DNA of 64,000 nucleotides from Escherichia coli (GTDB lineage Bacteria; Pseudomonadota; Gammaproteobacteria; Enterobacterales; Enterobacteriaceae): NCBI RefSeq assembly GCF_044324875.1, contig NZ_CP172185.1; one strand, 5' to 3'. Shown piece by piece: positions 51,891 to 64,000 of this stretch (position 1 is its first letter; each line of letters starts with the position of its first letter). The notes under the pieces were generated by a model. It saw only the letters and a program-made list of their open reading frames with translations, ran no database searches and was not told where the DNA came from. The position numbers and the translations under genes were made by a program.

Positions 51891-54038
51891 ATGAACGTTA
51901 TTGCAATATTGAATCACATGGGGGTTTATTTTAAAGAAGAACCCATCCGTGAACTTCATCGCGCGCTTGAACGTCTGAACTTCCAGATTGTTTACCCGAA
52001 CGACCGTGACGACTTATTAAAACTGATCGAAAACAATGCGCGTCTGTGCGGCGTTATTTTTGACTGGGATAAATATAATCTCGAGCTGTGCGAAGAAATT
52101 AGCAAAATGAACGAGAACCTGCCGTTGTACGCGTTCGCTAATACGTATTCCACTCTCGATGTAAGCCTGAATGACCTGCGTTTACAGATTAGCTTCTTTG
52201 AGTATGCGCTGGGTGCTGCTGAAGATATTGCTAATAAGATCAAGCAGACCACTGACGAATATATCAACACTATTCTGCCTCCGCTGACTAAAGCACTGTT
52301 TAAATATGTTCGTGAAGGTAAATATACTTTCTGTACTCCTGGTCACATGGGCGGTACTGCATTCCAGAAAAGCCCGGTAGGTAGCCTGTTCTATGATTTC
52401 TTTGGTCCGAACACCATGAAATCTGATATTTCCATTTCAGTATCTGAACTGGGTTCTCTGCTGGATCACAGTGGTCCACACAAAGAAGCAGAACAGTATA
52501 TCGCTCGCGTCTTTAACGCAGACCGCAGCTACATGGTGACCAACGGTACTTCCACTGCGAACAAAATTGTTGGTATGTACTCTGCTCCGGCAGGCAGCAC
52601 CATTCTGATTGACCGTAACTGCCACAAATCGCTGACCCACCTGATGATGATGAGCGATGTTACGCCAATCTATTTCCGCCCGACCCGTAACGCTTACGGT
52701 ATTCTTGGTGGTATCCCACAGAGTGAATTCCAGCACGCTACCATTGCTAAGCGTGTGAAAGAAACACCAAACGCAACCTGGCCGGTACATGCCGTAATTA
52801 CTAACTCTACCTATGATGGTCTGCTGTACAACACCGACTTCATCAAGAAAACACTGGATGTGAAATCCATCCACTTTGACTCCGCGTGGGTGCCTTACAC
52901 CAACTTCTCACCGATTTACGAAGGTAAATGCGGTATGAGCGGTGGCCGTGTAGAAGGGAAAGTGATTTACGAAACCCAGTCCACTCACAAACTGCTGGCG
53001 GCGTTCTCTCAGGCTTCCATGATCCACGTTAAAGGTGACGTAAACGAAGAAACCTTTAACGAAGCCTACATGATGCACACCACCACTTCTCCGCACTACG
53101 GTATCGTGGCGTCCACTGAAACCGCTGCGGCGATGATGAAAGGTAATGCTGGTAAGCGTCTGATCAACGGTTCCATTGAACGTGCGATCAAATTCCGTAA
53201 AGAGATCAAACGCCTGAGAACGGAATCTGATGGCTGGTTCTTTGATGTATGGCAGCCGGATCATATCGATACGACTGAATGCTGGCCGCTGCGTTCTGAC
53301 AGCACCTGGCACGGCTTCAAAAACATCGATAACGAGCACATGTATCTTGACCCGATCAAAGTCACCCTGCTGACTCCGGGGATGGAAAAAGACGGCACCA
53401 TGAGCGACTTTGGTATTCCGGCCAGCATCGTGGCGAAATACCTCGACGAACATGGCATCGTTGTTGAGAAAACCGGTCCGTATAACCTGCTGTTCCTGTT
53501 CAGCATCGGTATCGATAAGACCAAAGCACTGAGCCTGCTGCGTGCTCTGACAGACTTCAAACGTGCGTTCGATCTGAACCTGCGTGTGAAAAACATGCTG
53601 CCGTCTCTGTATCGTGAAGATCCTGAATTCTATGAAAACATGCGTATTCAGGAACTGGCTCAGAATATCCACAAACTGATTGTTCACCACAATCTGCCGG
53701 ATCTGATGTATCGCGCATTTGAAGTTCTGCCGACCATGGTAATGACTCCGTATGCTGCGTTCCAGAAAGAGCTGCACGGTATGACCGAAGAAGTTTACCT
53801 CGACGAAATGGTAGGTCGTATTAACGCCAATATGATCCTTCCGTATCCGCCGGGAGTTCCTCTGGTAATGCCGGGTGAAATGATCACCGAAGAAAGCCGT
53901 CCGGTTCTGGAGTTCCTGCAGATGCTGTGTGAAATCGGCGCTCACTATCCGGGCTTTGAAACCGATATTCACGGTGCATACCGTCAGGCTGATGGCCGCT
54001 ATACCGTTAAGGTATTGAAAGAAGAAAGCAAAAAATAA
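51891..54038 (+). CDS. cadA: Inducible lysine decarboxylase
   Basis: 715 aa from ATG 51891 (MNVIAILNHMGVYFKEEPIRELHRALERLNFQIVYPNDRDD...); track ORF starts 13 codons upstream. Confidence 0.95.
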   Translation: MNVIAILNHMGVYFKEEPIRELHRALERLNFQIVYPNDRDDLLKLIENNARLCGVIFDWDKYNLELCEEISKMNENLPLYAFANTYSTLDVSLNDLRLQISFFEYALGAAEDIANKIKQTTDEYINTILPPLTKALFKYVREGKYTFCTPGHMGGTAFQKSPVGSLFYDFFGPNTMKSDISISVSELGSLLDHSGPHKEAEQYIARVFNADRSYMVTNGTSTANKIVGMYSAPAGSTILIDRNCHKSLTHLMMMSDVTPIYFRPTRNAYGILGGIPQSEFQHATIAKRVKETPNATWPVHAVITNSTYDGLLYNTDFIKKTLDVKSIHFDSAWVPYTNFSPIYEGKCGMSGGRVEGKVIYETQSTHKLLAAFSQASMIHVKGDVNEETFNEAYMMHTTTSPHYGIVASTETAAAMMKGNAGKRLINGSIERAIKFRKEIKRLRTESDGWFFDVWQPDHIDTTECWPLRSDSTWHGFKNIDNEHMYLDPIKVTLLTPGMEKDGTMSDFGIPASIVAKYLDEHGIVVEKTGPYNLLFLFSIGIDKTKALSLLRALTDFKRAFDLNLRVKNMLPSLYREDPEFYENMRIQELAQNIHKLIVHHNLPDLMYRAFEVLPTMVMTPYAAFQKELHGMTEEVYLDEMVGRINANMILPYPPGVPLVMPGEMITEESRPVLEFLQMLCEIGAHYPGFETDIHGAYRQADGRYTVKVLKEESKK

Positions 54039-54050
54039 TTAGCTCGTACA

Positions 54051-54080
54051 AGGGAAGTGGCTTGCCACTTCCCTTTTTTG
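54051..54080 (+). terminator. Rho-independent terminator after cadA
   Basis: agggaagtggc-ttgccacttccc followed by TTTTTT. Confidence 0.6.
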
Positions 54081-54096
54081 CTCATAAGGAGAACAC

Positions 54097-55554
54097 ATGA
54101 AAACACCCTCACAGCCGCGCGCGATATACTATATCGTGGCGATCCAAATCTGGGAGTACTTCAGTTTTTACGGCATGCGTGCCTTACTCATTCTCTATCT
54201 CACCCATCAGCTTGGTTTTGATGATAACCATGCCATCAGCCTGTTCAGCGCATATGCATCTCTGGTTTACGTTACCCCTATTCTCGGCGGCTGGCTTGCC
54301 GACCGCCTGCTCGGCAACCGCACTGCAGTGATTGCCGGCGCGCTGTTAATGACCCTTGGCCATGTGGTGCTGGGCATTGATACAAATTCAACTTTTAGCC
54401 TGTATCTGGCGCTGGCAATCATTATTTGTGGCTACGGTTTATTCAAATCAAACATCAGCTGTTTGCTTGGCGAGCTCTACGACGAGAACGATCATCGACG
54501 TGATGGCGGTTTTTCGCTGCTGTATGCTGCGGGCAATATCGGTTCTATCGCAGCCCCAATCGCCTGCGGCCTGGCTGCTCAGTGGTATGGATGGCATGTT
54601 GGCTTTGCCCTTGCGGGTGGCGGCATGTTTATCGGTTTGTTGATTTTCTTAAGCGGTCATCGTCATTTCCAGTCCACGCGTAGTATGGATAAAAAAGCTC
54701 TAACAAGCGTTAAATTTGCCTTACCAGTATGGAGCTGGTTAGTGGTGATGCTCTGTTTAGCCCCTGTATTTTTTACCCTGCTGCTGGAGAACGACTGGTC
54801 AGGATATTTGCTGGCGATCGTTTGCCTCATTGCCGCACAAATCATTGCCCGCATGATGATCAAATTCCCCGAACACCGCCGTGCTCTTTGGCAAATTGTA
54901 TTGTTGATGTTTGTCGGGACATTGTTCTGGGTACTGGCACAACAGGGCGGCAGTACCATCAGCCTGTTTATCGATCGATTTGTGAATCGTCAGGCATTCA
55001 ATATTGAAGTACCTACTGCACTATTCCAGTCGGTGAACGCAATTGCGGTGATGCTCGCTGGGGTTGTACTTGCCTGGCTGGCATCGCCAGAAAGCCACGG
55101 TAACTCAACATTGCGCGTCTGGCTGAAGTTTGCCTTTGGTTTACTGCTGATGGCTTGTGGCTTTATGTTGCTGGCATTTGATGCCCGACATGCAGCGGCT
55201 GACGGTCAAGCGTCAATGGGCGTGATGATATCCGGGCTGGCGCTAATGGGCTTTGCCGAACTCTTTATTGACCCGGTGGCGATTGCGCAAATCACGCGTC
55301 TGAAAATGTCTGGCGTATTAACCGGTATTTATATGCTGGCAACAGGCGCGGTCGCCAACTGGCTGGCAGGCGTCGTGGCACAGCAGACGACAGAGTCGCA
55401 AATTAGCGGTATGGCAATTGCCGCTTACCAGCGATTCTTTTCTCAAATGGGAGAGTGGACGTTGGCTTGTGTCGCGATCATCGTGGTATTGGCCTTTGCT
55501 GCCCGTTTTCTGTTTAGCACGCCGACAAATATGATACAGGAGAGCAACGATTAA
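54097..55554 (+). CDS. dtpC: Dipeptide/tripeptide permease (POT family)
   Basis: 485 aa, [36 protein letters not shown]...; between cadA and lysU. Confidence 0.9.
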   Translation: MKTPSQPRAIYYIVAIQIWEYFSFYGMRALLILYLTHQLGFDDNHAISLFSAYASLVYVTPILGGWLADRLLGNRTAVIAGALLMTLGHVVLGIDTNSTFSLYLALAIIICGYGLFKSNISCLLGELYDENDHRRDGGFSLLYAAGNIGSIAAPIACGLAAQWYGWHVGFALAGGGMFIGLLIFLSGHRHFQSTRSMDKKALTSVKFALPVWSWLVVMLCLAPVFFTLLLENDWSGYLLAIVCLIAAQIIARMMIKFPEHRRALWQIVLLMFVGTLFWVLAQQGGSTISLFIDRFVNRQAFNIEVPTALFQSVNAIAVMLAGVVLAWLASPESHGNSTLRVWLKFAFGLLLMACGFMLLAFDARHAAADGQASMGVMISGLALMGFAELFIDPVAIAQITRLKMSGVLTGIYMLATGAVANWLAGVVAQQTTESQISGMAIAAYQRFFSQMGEWTLACVAIIVVLAFAARFLFSTPTNMIQESND

Positions 55555-55790
55555 CTGTCGTAAAAACAATTGGTTATGAATAAATTAACTTTCAGTTTAT
55601 CACACTAGCAAATCGAGATTAATAAGTCATTTAAACCATTTTTATGGTTATTTATTAGTGATATCAACTTGAGGTAAGCGTTAGTTTCGATAAGATAAAC
55701 TGAGTTATTAATAGTCGAGGCAGATAATACAGTGTACCGATCTGTCTCTTTATCTACGCTAAATTGAAAGCTGGATTTAGAGGAACCAAA

Positions 55791-57308
55791 ATGTCTGAAC
55801 GAGAAACACGGGGAGCCAATGAGGCTATTGATTTTAACGATGAACTGAGAAATCGCCGCGAAAAACTGGCGGCACTACGTCAGCAAGGTGTGGCGTTTCC
55901 CAATGATTTTCGCCGCGACCATACCTCTGACAAGTTGCACGAAGAGTTTGATGCGAAGGATAACCAGGAACTGGAATCCTTAAACATTGAAGTCTCGGTT
56001 GCTGGCCGAATGATGACCCGTCGTATCATGGGGAAAGCCTCCTTTGTAACGTTGCAGGATGTCGGTGGCCGTATTCAACTGTACGTTGCAAGAGATAGCC
56101 TGCCAGAAGGTGTTTATAACGATCAGTTTAAAAAATGGGATCTGGGTGACATTATCGGTGCCCGCGGTACGCTGTTTAAGACGCAAACCGGTGAGCTTTC
56201 CATTCACTGTACTGAGCTGCGCCTGCTGACTAAAGCACTACGTCCTTTACCAGATAAATTCCATGGTCTGCAGGATCAGGAAGTCCGTTATCGTCAACGT
56301 TATCTGGACCTCATCGCTAACGATAAATCCCGTCAAACGTTTGTTGTCCGTTCAAAAATTCTGGCCGCTATCCGTCAGTTCATGGTCGCGCGCGGCTTTA
56401 TGGAAGTAGAAACCCCGATGATGCAGGTAATTCCAGGTGGGGCATCTGCTCGCCCGTTTATTACCCATCATAACGCTCTGGATTTAGATATGTACCTGCG
56501 TATCGCGCCGGAGCTGTATCTGAAACGTCTGGTTGTAGGCGGTTTTGAACGGGTATTCGAAATCAACCGTAACTTCCGTAATGAAGGTATTTCTGTTCGC
56601 CATAATCCTGAGTTCACAATGATGGAACTCTACATGGCGTATGCGGATTACCACGATTTGATTGAACTGACGGAGTCCCTGTTCCGCACCCTGGCACAAG
56701 AGGTTCTTGGTACCACTAAAGTCACTTATGGCGAGCATGTGTTTGATTTCGGCAAACCGTTTGAAAAACTCACCATGCGCGAAGCAATCAAAAAATATCG
56801 TCCAGAAACCGATATGGCCGACCTGGATAATTTTGATGCTGCTAAAGCATTAGCTGAATCTATCGGAATTACGGTAGAGAAAAGCTGGGGTCTGGGACGT
56901 ATTGTTACGGAGATCTTTGATGAAGTGGCAGAAGCACATCTGATTCAGCCAACCTTTATTACGGAATATCCGGCAGAAGTGTCCCCGCTGGCGCGCCGTA
57001 ATGATGTTAACCCGGAAATCACCGACCGTTTTGAATTCTTCATCGGTGGTCGTGAAATCGGTAATGGTTTTAGCGAATTAAACGACGCAGAAGATCAGGC
57101 TGAACGTTTCCAGGAACAGGTTAACGCTAAAGCTGCAGGTGACGACGAAGCCATGTTCTATGACGAAGATTACGTGACTGCGCTGGAATATGGTCTGCCG
57201 CCAACCGCTGGTCTGGGTATTGGTATCGACCGAATGATTATGCTGTTTACAAACAGTCATACTATTCGCGACGTTATTCTCTTCCCGGCGATGCGCCCAC
57301 AGAAATAA
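55791..57308 (+). CDS. lysU: Lysine--tRNA ligase, inducible paralog
   Basis: 505 aa from ATG 55791 ([26 protein letters not shown]...); class II motifs; placed next to the cad locus. Confidence 0.9.
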   Translation: MSERETRGANEAIDFNDELRNRREKLAALRQQGVAFPNDFRRDHTSDKLHEEFDAKDNQELESLNIEVSVAGRMMTRRIMGKASFVTLQDVGGRIQLYVARDSLPEGVYNDQFKKWDLGDIIGARGTLFKTQTGELSIHCTELRLLTKALRPLPDKFHGLQDQEVRYRQRYLDLIANDKSRQTFVVRSKILAAIRQFMVARGFMEVETPMMQVIPGGASARPFITHHNALDLDMYLRIAPELYLKRLVVGGFERVFEINRNFRNEGISVRHNPEFTMMELYMAYADYHDLIELTESLFRTLAQEVLGTTKVTYGEHVFDFGKPFEKLTMREAIKKYRPETDMADLDNFDAAKALAESIGITVEKSWGLGRIVTEIFDEVAEAHLIQPTFITEYPAEVSPLARRNDVNPEITDRFEFFIGGREIGNGFSELNDAEDQAERFQEQVNAKAAGDDEAMFYDEDYVTALEYGLPPTAGLGIGIDRMIMLFTNSHTIRDVILFPAMRPQK

Positions 57309-57426
57309 ATTTCACTTAAATGAACGAAGCAGTCAGGCGACTGCTTCGTTCGTCGTTCCGCAAATCCAGTTATGAGGAGAGACGCTTCGTTTCAAGATAA
57401 CCAGCGGGTCCACTCAACTACAGCTC

Positions 57427-57600
57427 CTAAAAGAGAGAAAAAAGTAATGCCACAGGCAGACTCATTGGCCAGGTTATTCCGACCAGGAATGCACTAAGTA
57501 AACGAATATGTGTTTTCTCATGTGAGATAAACCAGATAATGACAAAGGATATGTTCACACCAATCACATAAAAAATTAATATTTTAGAGAATAGTGCCAT
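57427..57600 (-). CDS. ghoT: GhoT membrane-lytic toxin (type V toxin-antitoxin)
   Basis: 57 aa, below the ORF-track cutoff; hand translation MALFSKILIFYVIGVNISFVIIWFISHEKTHIRLLSAFLVGITWPMSLPVALLFSLF; directly downstream of ghoS. Confidence 0.85.
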   Translation of the reverse strand: MALFSKILIFYVIGVNISFVIIWFISHEKTHIRLLSAFLVGITWPMSLPVALLFSLF

Positions 57601-57627
57601 TTTTTATGTTCTTCTTATCCTTCCTGG

Positions 57628-57924
57628 CTACTTGTAAAACTGACGGAAATAGTCATCAACGGTCATAATGTTGAGGTCAAAATCAATATCCGGTAAGTCT
57701 AAGCATTTGAGCCTGATTAAATCTTCGATTTCACTTGCGGCTAATGATGTCGTTATTGCGAAGGAATTTTCATTCAATTGTCGTGGTATCCCATATTCAT
57801 CAGCCACGATAGAGGAGAAATTCATATCATACATCAATGATCTTAACCTTAAGAACACTGAGGAATAAGATGATGGATAATCAAAAGAAACAACATAAGT
57901 ATTGAACTTGTTTTTACCTTCCAT
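57628..57924 (-). CDS. ghoS: GhoS antitoxin (endoribonuclease)
   Basis: 98 aa, MEGKNKFNTYVVSFDYPSSYSSVFLRLRSLMYDMNF... Confidence 0.85.
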   Translation of the reverse strand: MEGKNKFNTYVVSFDYPSSYSSVFLRLRSLMYDMNFSSIVADEYGIPRQLNENSFAITTSLAASEIEDLIRLKCLDLPDIDFDLNIMTVDDYFRQFYK

Positions 57925-58151
57925 AATATGACTCCTATCAATTTTAAACGCTCTGGGGACGCAAAACTTATTAACCCCAATCGATGATTCTCATATAGGA
58001 GATATTCTTTTTTTTTGCTCAGTAAAGGGGATGACTTGGGACAAAAAAACGCTCTCTCTGCCCATTCTTTGTGCATCCCCCTACCCTTCAGATGCTCTCC
58101 TGCATCACACCGCGGAGAGCATGAAAAATATCGTGACTCTGTACTCTCCCA

Positions 58152-58424
58152 TCAACTGCGAATATCATCATACTCCCGCGTTTTATCAAATTCGTGTTTC
58201 GCAAATGGGCATAGTGGGATAATTTTTCGTTTTTCCCGACGCATTTTTTCCACGACTTTCGCAACCAGCTGTTTACCAATCCCCTGCCCTTTCAGGCTTT
58301 CATCGACATCGGTATGTTCGATAATCGCTAAATTCTCTCCGGTCGGCACAAAGACAATTTCAGCGATTTGCTTGCCTTGTTCGTCATTAATGTAAAATTT
58401 ATTGTGGCCTTCGCGTATTTCCAT
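58152..58424 (-). CDS. yjdJ: GNAT-family N-acetyltransferase
   Basis: 90 aa; acetyl-CoA-binding motif QGIGKQLV. Confidence 0.8.
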   Translation of the reverse strand: MEIREGHNKFYINDEQGKQIAEIVFVPTGENLAIIEHTDVDESLKGQGIGKQLVAKVVEKMRREKRKIIPLCPFAKHEFDKTREYDDIRS

Positions 58425-58435
58425 TTTACCCTCGC

Positions 58436-58666
58436 TTATTTATGACGGTATTTCAGCGCGCCGCTCGGGCACGTATCAATCACTTTAACCACAGTGGTGA
58501 CGTCAACTTCATCCGGCATGATCCACGGCTTTCGTTTGAGATTAAATAACTTGCCGTTGCCACGTACGCAATTGCCAGAATGCTGACATATCGCAGTGTT
58601 GAACCAGACATCGATCTTTTCGCCGGTATAGCAGCGATAACCACCGTCCAGTAGATCCTGATCCAT
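58436..58666 (-). CDS. yjdI: Small Cys-rich protein YjdI
   Basis: Track ORF is 95 aa (to 58723); internal start [34 protein letters not shown]... gives ~76 aa. Confidence 0.7.
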   Translation of the reverse strand: MDQDLLDGGYRCYTGEKIDVWFNTAICQHSGNCVRGNGKLFNLKRKPWIMPDEVDVTTVVKVIDTCPSGALKYRHK

Positions 58667-58845
58667 GACCTTCCCCCTCTCATCAGTATGGTTTTCGCAA
58701 TAAGCATAGCCCGGAATCTTCATACCGCACCGGCAGTTTCAGTTTCCTGAGCCTCTTCCCCTATATAGCCAATCATTCTTACTCCCTTTGAATTACCCGC
58801 CTCATCAGAGATAATGCTTAAGAAATTTGTCACACAAGGAAGCTG

Positions 58846-60477
58846 ATGAGACATTCATTGCCCTACCGCATGTTACGCAAACGTCCGATGAAATTGAGTA
58901 CCACAGTGATCTTAATGGTCAGCGCGGTACTGTTCTCGGTGCTATTGGTGGTGCATCTGATTTACTTCTCGCAAATCAGTGATATGACGCGAGACGGGCT
59001 AGCCAACAAGGCACTGGCGGTGGCGCGTACCCTCGCCGACTCGCCGGAAATCCGTCAGGGCTTGCAGAAAAAACCGCAGGAGAGCGGCATCCAGGCCATC
59101 GCGGAAGCCGTGCGCAAACGCAACGATCTGCTGTTTATTGTCGTTACCGATATGCAAAGTCTTCGCTACTCGCATCCTGAAGCCCAGCGTATTGGTCAGC
59201 CATTTAAAGGTGATGACATCCTTAAAGCGCTGAATGGCGAAGAAAATGTCGCTATCAATCGCGGTTTTCTGGCGCAGGCTTTACGCGTATTTACCCCCAT
59301 CTACGATGAAAATCATAAACAAATTGGCGTGGTGGCGATCGGCCTTGAGTTAAGTCGCGTGACCCAACAGATCAATGACAGTCGCTGGAGCATTATCTGG
59401 TCGGTATTATTTGGCATGCTGGTCGGACTGATCGGCACCTGCATTCTGGTTAAAGTACTGAAAAAAATTCTTTTTGGCCTGGAACCCTACGAAATCTCCA
59501 CGCTGTTTGAGCAACGCCAGGCCATGTTGCAGTCTATCAAAGAAGGCGTCGTTGCCGTGGACGATCGCGGCGAAGTCACGCTGATCAACGATGCCGCACA
59601 AGAATTGCTGAATTACCGTAAGTCGCAGGACGATGAGAAACTGTCGACGCTAAGCCACTCGTGGTCACAGGTAGTAGATGTCTCGGAAGTGTTACGCGAC
59701 GGTACCCCGCGCCGCGACGAAGAGATTACGATTAAAGACCGGCTATTACTGATCAACACCGTTCCGGTGCGCAGTAATGGCGTTATCATCGGTGCCATTT
59801 CAACCTTCAGAGACAAAACTGAAGTACGTAAACTGATGCAGCGACTCGACGGTCTGGTCAACTATGCTGACGCACTTCGTGAACGATCCCACGAATTTAT
59901 GAATAAATTGCACGTGATTCTCGGATTATTGCATCTGAAGAGTTATAAGCAGTTGGAAGATTACATTCTCAAAACAGCCAATAACTATCAGGAAGAGATT
60001 GGCTCTCTGCTGGGTAAGATCAAATCTCCGGTTATAGCTGGTTTTTTAATCAGCAAGATTAACCGCGCGACCGATTTAGGCCATACGCTGATTTTAAACA
60101 GTGAAAGCCAGCTGCCAGACAGCGGCAGTGAAGACCAGGTCGCGACGCTGATTACCACGTTGGGAAATCTGATAGAAAACGCGCTGGAAGCATTAGGGCC
60201 GGAACCCGGAGGCGAAATTAGCGTAACATTGCACTACCGTCACGGCTGGCTGCACTGTGAAGTTAATGATGATGGACCGGGGATCGCACCCGATAAAATC
60301 GATCACATTTTTGACAAAGGTGTCTCGACAAAAGGAAGCGAGCGAGGCGTCGGTTTAGCACTTGTCAAACAACAGGTAGAAAATCTCGGCGGCAGCATCG
60401 CCGTGGAATCGGAACCCGGGATTTTCACACAATTTTTTGTCCAGATACCCTGGGACGGGGAGAGGTCGAACAGATGA
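58846..60477 (+). CDS. dcuS: C4-dicarboxylate sensor histidine kinase
   Basis: 543 aa, two transmembrane segments, periplasmic PAS-like domain, HATPase C-terminus. Confidence 0.95.
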   Translation: MRHSLPYRMLRKRPMKLSTTVILMVSAVLFSVLLVVHLIYFSQISDMTRDGLANKALAVARTLADSPEIRQGLQKKPQESGIQAIAEAVRKRNDLLFIVVTDMQSLRYSHPEAQRIGQPFKGDDILKALNGEENVAINRGFLAQALRVFTPIYDENHKQIGVVAIGLELSRVTQQINDSRWSIIWSVLFGMLVGLIGTCILVKVLKKILFGLEPYEISTLFEQRQAMLQSIKEGVVAVDDRGEVTLINDAAQELLNYRKSQDDEKLSTLSHSWSQVVDVSEVLRDGTPRRDEEITIKDRLLLINTVPVRSNGVIIGAISTFRDKTEVRKLMQRLDGLVNYADALRERSHEFMNKLHVILGLLHLKSYKQLEDYILKTANNYQEEIGSLLGKIKSPVIAGFLISKINRATDLGHTLILNSESQLPDSGSEDQVATLITTLGNLIENALEALGPEPGGEISVTLHYRHGWLHCEVNDDGPGIAPDKIDHIFDKGVSTKGSERGVGLALVKQQVENLGGSIAVESEPGIFTQFFVQIPWDGERSNR

Positions 60478-61193
60478 TCAATGTATTAATTATCGATGAC
60501 GACGCAATGGTCGCGGAGCTGAATCGCCGATACGTAGCACAAATCCCAGGCTTTCAATGCTGTGGAACAGCCTCGACGCTGGAGAAAGCCAAAGAGATTA
60601 TCTTCAATAGCGATACGCCTATCGACCTGATATTGCTCGATATCTATATGCAAAAAGAGAACGGGCTCGATTTACTGCCTGTCCTGCATAACGCGCGTTG
60701 CAAAAGTGATGTGATTGTCATCTCCTCCGCAGCCGATGCGGCAACCATTAAAGATTCGCTGCATTACGGTGTCGTGGATTACCTGATCAAACCCTTCCAG
60801 GCTTCCCGCTTTGAAGAGGCGCTCACCGGCTGGCGGCAAAAGAAAATGGCGCTGGAAAAACATCAGTATTATGACCAGGCCGAGCTTGATCAGCTAATCC
60901 ACGGCAGCAGCTCCAACGAGCAGGATCCTCGTCGCTTGCCAAAAGGCTTAACGCCGCAGACGTTACGCACGCTGTGCCAGTGGATTGACGCGCATCAGGA
61001 CTATGAGTTTTCAACCGACGAGCTGGCTAACGAGGTTAACATTTCGCGTGTTTCCTGCCGTAAATACCTCATCTGGCTGGTCAACTGCCACATCTTGTTC
61101 ACCAGTATCCATTATGGCGTCACGGGGCGTCCGGTTTACCGTTACCGTATTCAGGCAGAACACTACTCACTGCTGAAACAATATTGCCAATAA
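60474..61193 (+). CDS. dcuR: C4-dicarboxylate response regulator
   Basis: 239 aa receiver domain (MINVLIIDDDAMVAEL...); start overlaps the dcuS stop. Confidence 0.95.
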   Translation: MINVLIIDDDAMVAELNRRYVAQIPGFQCCGTASTLEKAKEIIFNSDTPIDLILLDIYMQKENGLDLLPVLHNARCKSDVIVISSAADAATIKDSLHYGVVDYLIKPFQASRFEEALTGWRQKKMALEKHQYYDQAELDQLIHGSSSNEQDPRRLPKGLTPQTLRTLCQWIDAHQDYEFSTDELANEVNISRVSCRKYLIWLVNCHILFTSIHYGVTGRPVYRYRIQAEHYSLLKQYCQ

Positions 61194-61763
61194 CGGATCG
61201 CTGGTTATCTGTAAGTAATAATTATTACTGTAATGCAAAATATTCCTGGCACAAGTTACATTCTTCATCAGTAAAACTTGTGCCAGATCAAATATAATTA
61301 TCCCTCCATCATCGTTAAAAATTAATATCTCTTCAGATGAACGGTGTTTTTAATTTCAAAACGCTAACAAAAGTTAATTAACTATTATGTCACCCGCATT
61401 ATGTGTATTTTTACCCACAAATGGGTAGATCAGATTAATCTATAAACCTAATGATATCTGCCCTGAGAACAAAAAATAGACCGATAAATATCAATAAGAT
61501 AACAGCAAACAAAACATTAACATCTGCGCAGTACAAACTATAAACCCATCGCCAGAGAGTTTTTCTCTCTGAAAAAGCCGCTTATCACAGTGCATAAATT
61601 TGCCGCTGCTTTAATCAGCCAATATTCACTGTGAGGTATTTGCTAAAGCCGGTAACGACCAAACGGATATTTAGTCAGGCTCTGAAAACAGTTCATACAA
61701 AACAGAACGTGACTGTGATCTATTCAGCAAAAATTTAAATAGGATTATCGCGAGGGTTCACAC

Positions 61764-63104
61764 ATGTTATTTACTATCCAACTTATCATAATACTGATAT
61801 GTCTGTTTTATGGTGCCAGAAAGGGTGGTATCGCGCTGGGTTTATTAGGCGGTATCGGTCTGGTCATTCTGGTCTTCGTCTTCCACCTTCAGCCAGGTAA
61901 ACCACCGGTTGATGTCATGCTGGTTATCATTGCGGTGGTGGCGGCATCGGCGACCTTGCAAGCTTCGGGCGGTCTTGATGTCATGCTGCAAATTGCCGAG
62001 AAGCTGCTGCGCCGCAACCCGAAATATGTCTCAATTGTCGCGCCGTTTGTGACCTGTACGCTGACCATTCTTTGCGGTACGGGTCATGTGGTTTACACCA
62101 TTCTGCCGATCATCTACGACGTCGCCATTAAGAACAACATCCGTCCGGAACGCCCGATGGCGGCAAGTTCTATCGGTGCACAGATGGGGATTATCGCCAG
62201 TCCGGTGTCGGTTGCAGTCGTGTCTCTGGTTGCGATGCTGGGTAATGTCACCTTTGATGGTCGCCATCTTGAGTTCCTCGACCTGCTGGCAATCACCATT
62301 CCATCGACGTTAATCGGTATCCTGGCGATCGGTATCTTCAGCTGGTTCCGCGGTAAAGATCTGGATAAAGACGAAGAGTTCCAGAAATTCATCTCCGTAC
62401 CGGAAAACCGTGAGTATGTTTACGGTGATACCGCGACGTTGCTGGATAAAAAACTGCCGAAAAGCAACTGGCTGGCAATGTGGATCTTCCTCGGGGCAAT
62501 CGCTGTAGTCGCACTTCTTGGTGCTGATTCGGACCTGCGTCCATCCTTCGGTGGCAAACCGCTGTCGATGGTACTGGTTATTCAGATGTTTATGCTGCTT
62601 ACCGGGGCGCTGATTATTATCCTGACCAAAACCAATCCCGCGTCTATCTCAAAAAACGAAGTCTTCCGTTCCGGTATGATCGCCATCGTGGCGGTGTACG
62701 GTATCGCATGGATGGCTGAAACCATGTTCGGTGCGCATATGTCTGAAATTCAGGGCGTACTGGGTGAAATGGTGAAAGAGTATCCGTGGGCCTATGCCAT
62801 TGTTCTGCTGCTGGTTTCCAAGTTTGTAAACTCTCAGGCTGCGGCGCTGGCGGCGATTGTTCCGGTCGCGCTGGCGATCGGCGTTGATCCGGCATACATC
62901 GTGGCTTCAGCACCGGCTTGCTACGGTTATTACATCCTGCCGACTTATCCGAGCGATCTGGCAGCGATTCAGTTTGACCGTTCCGGCACCACCCACATCG
63001 GTCGCTTCGTCATCAACCACAGCTTTATTCTGCCGGGGTTGATTGGTGTGAGCGTATCGTGCGTCTTCGGCTGGATCTTCGCCGCGATGTACGGGTTCTT
63101 ATAA
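61764..63104 (+). CDS. dcuB: Anaerobic C4-dicarboxylate transporter
   Basis: 446-aa polytopic membrane protein. Confidence 0.95.
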
Positions 63105-63181
63105 ATGCACTTTGCGTGCCGCCCGTGACTACGCGGCACGCCATTTTCGAATAACAAATACAGAGTTACAGGCTGGAAGCT

Positions 63182-64000
63182 ATGTCAAACAAACCCTTTA
63201 TCTACCAGGCACCTTTCCCGATGGGGAAAGACAATACCGAATACTATCTACTCACTTCCGATTACGTTAGCGTTGCCGACTTCGACGGCGAAACCATCCT
63301 GAAAGTGGAACCAGAAGCCCTGACTCTGCTGGCGCAGCAAGCCTTTCACGACGCTTCTTTCATGCTCCGTCCGGCACACCAAAAACAGGTCGCGGCTATT
63401 CTTCACGATCCAGAAGCCAGCGAAAACGACAAGTACGTGGCGCTGCAATTCTTAAGAAACTCCGAAATCGCCGCCAAAGGCGTGCTGCCGACCTGCCAGG
63501 ATACCGGCACCGCGATCATCGTCGGTAAAAAAGGTCAGCGCGTGTGGACCGGTGGCGGTGATGAAGAAGCACTGTCGAAAGGCGTCTATAACACCTATAT
63601 CGAAGATAACCTGCGCTATTCACAGAACGCGCCGCTGGACATGTATAAAGAGGTCAACACCGGCACGAACCTGCCTGCGCAAATCGACCTGTACGCGGTA
63701 GATGGCGATGAGTACAAATTCCTTTGCGTTGCGAAAGGCGGCGGCTCTGCCAACAAAACCTATCTCTACCAGGAAACCAAAGCCCTGCTGACTCCCGGCA
63801 AACTGAAAAACTTCCTCGTTGAGAAAATGCGTACCCTCGGTACTGCAGCCTGCCCGCCGTACCATATCGCGTTTGTGATTGGCGGTACGTCTGCGGAAAC
63901 CAACCTGAAAACCGTCAAGTTAGCAAGCGCTCACTATTACGATGAACTGCCGACGGAAGGGAACGAACATGGTCAGGCGTTCCGCGATGTCCAGCTGGAA
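63182..64000 (+). CDS. fumB: Class I fumarate hydratase, anaerobic; 5' portion only
   Basis: From ATG 63182, [52 protein letters not shown]...; continues past the window end. Confidence 0.9.
   Translation, partial: MSNKPFIYQAPFPMGKDNTEYYLLTSDYVSVADFDGETILKVEPEALTLLAQQAFHDASFMLRPAHQKQVAAILHDPEASENDKYVALQFLRNSEIAAKGVLPTCQDTGTAIIVGKKGQRVWTGGGDEEALSKGVYNTYIEDNLRYSQNAPLDMYKEVNTGTNLPAQIDLYAVDGDEYKFLCVAKGGGSANKTYLYQETKALLTPGKLKNFLVEKMRTLGTAACPPYHIAFVIGGTSAETNLKTVKLASAHYYDELPTEGNEHGQAFRDVQLE

Noticed and set aside
52908-53972. 354-aa minus-strand ORF
   Set aside because: Antisense shadow ORF inside cadA.

Overview
This window reads as an Enterobacteriaceae (Escherichia-like) chromosomal segment in two parts. 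Identity calls are from reading the translated ORFs against remembered protein families; no database search was run. (1) Positions ~48000-64000 are a conserved core block: cadC-cadB-cadA-dtpC-lysU, ghoT-ghoS, yjdJ-yjdI, dcuS-dcuR, dcuB and the start of fumB. (2) Positions 1-~47960 are a mosaic accessory region that ends at a 21-bp copy of a tRNA-Phe 3' end (47936-47956) followed by a terminator hairpin, i.e. the distal att repeat of a pheU/pheV-type island; no integrase or complete tRNA is in the window. Cargo, left to right: a xylose/xyloside module (sugar porin, xylA, GPH transporter, GH43 beta-xylosidase); two divergent HNH nucleases; an inverted remnant of a second yeeW/DUF4942 island end; a heme-type TonB receptor with a DUF4198 gene split by an intact IS2 (5-bp target duplication); a decayed IS3-family element carrying a nested intact IS66-family element (8-bp duplication); a frameshifted MazF/PemK toxin next to a solitary ugpB; an IS110-type transposase pseudogene; an RpiR / PTS EIICB / NanE-like operon; a YadA/Eib-like trimeric autotransporter; a LacI / ascorbate-type PTS / split transketolase locus; a FinO / Gp2-like / AlpA module; and a CP4-type block (YeeP-like GTPase, DUF932, antirestriction, RadC-like, DUF987, CbeA/CbtA, YeeW-like, DUF4942). 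The best candidate for something undescribed is an AT-rich 407-aa orphan gene (40398-41621) with an adjacent ~1.5-kb ORF-poor, A/C-skewed segment, sitting in the variable slot between the AlpA/Gp2 module and the GTPase module. A second candidate is the divergent HNH nuclease pair at 6412-8099. No CRISPR array, rRNA or complete tRNA was found.
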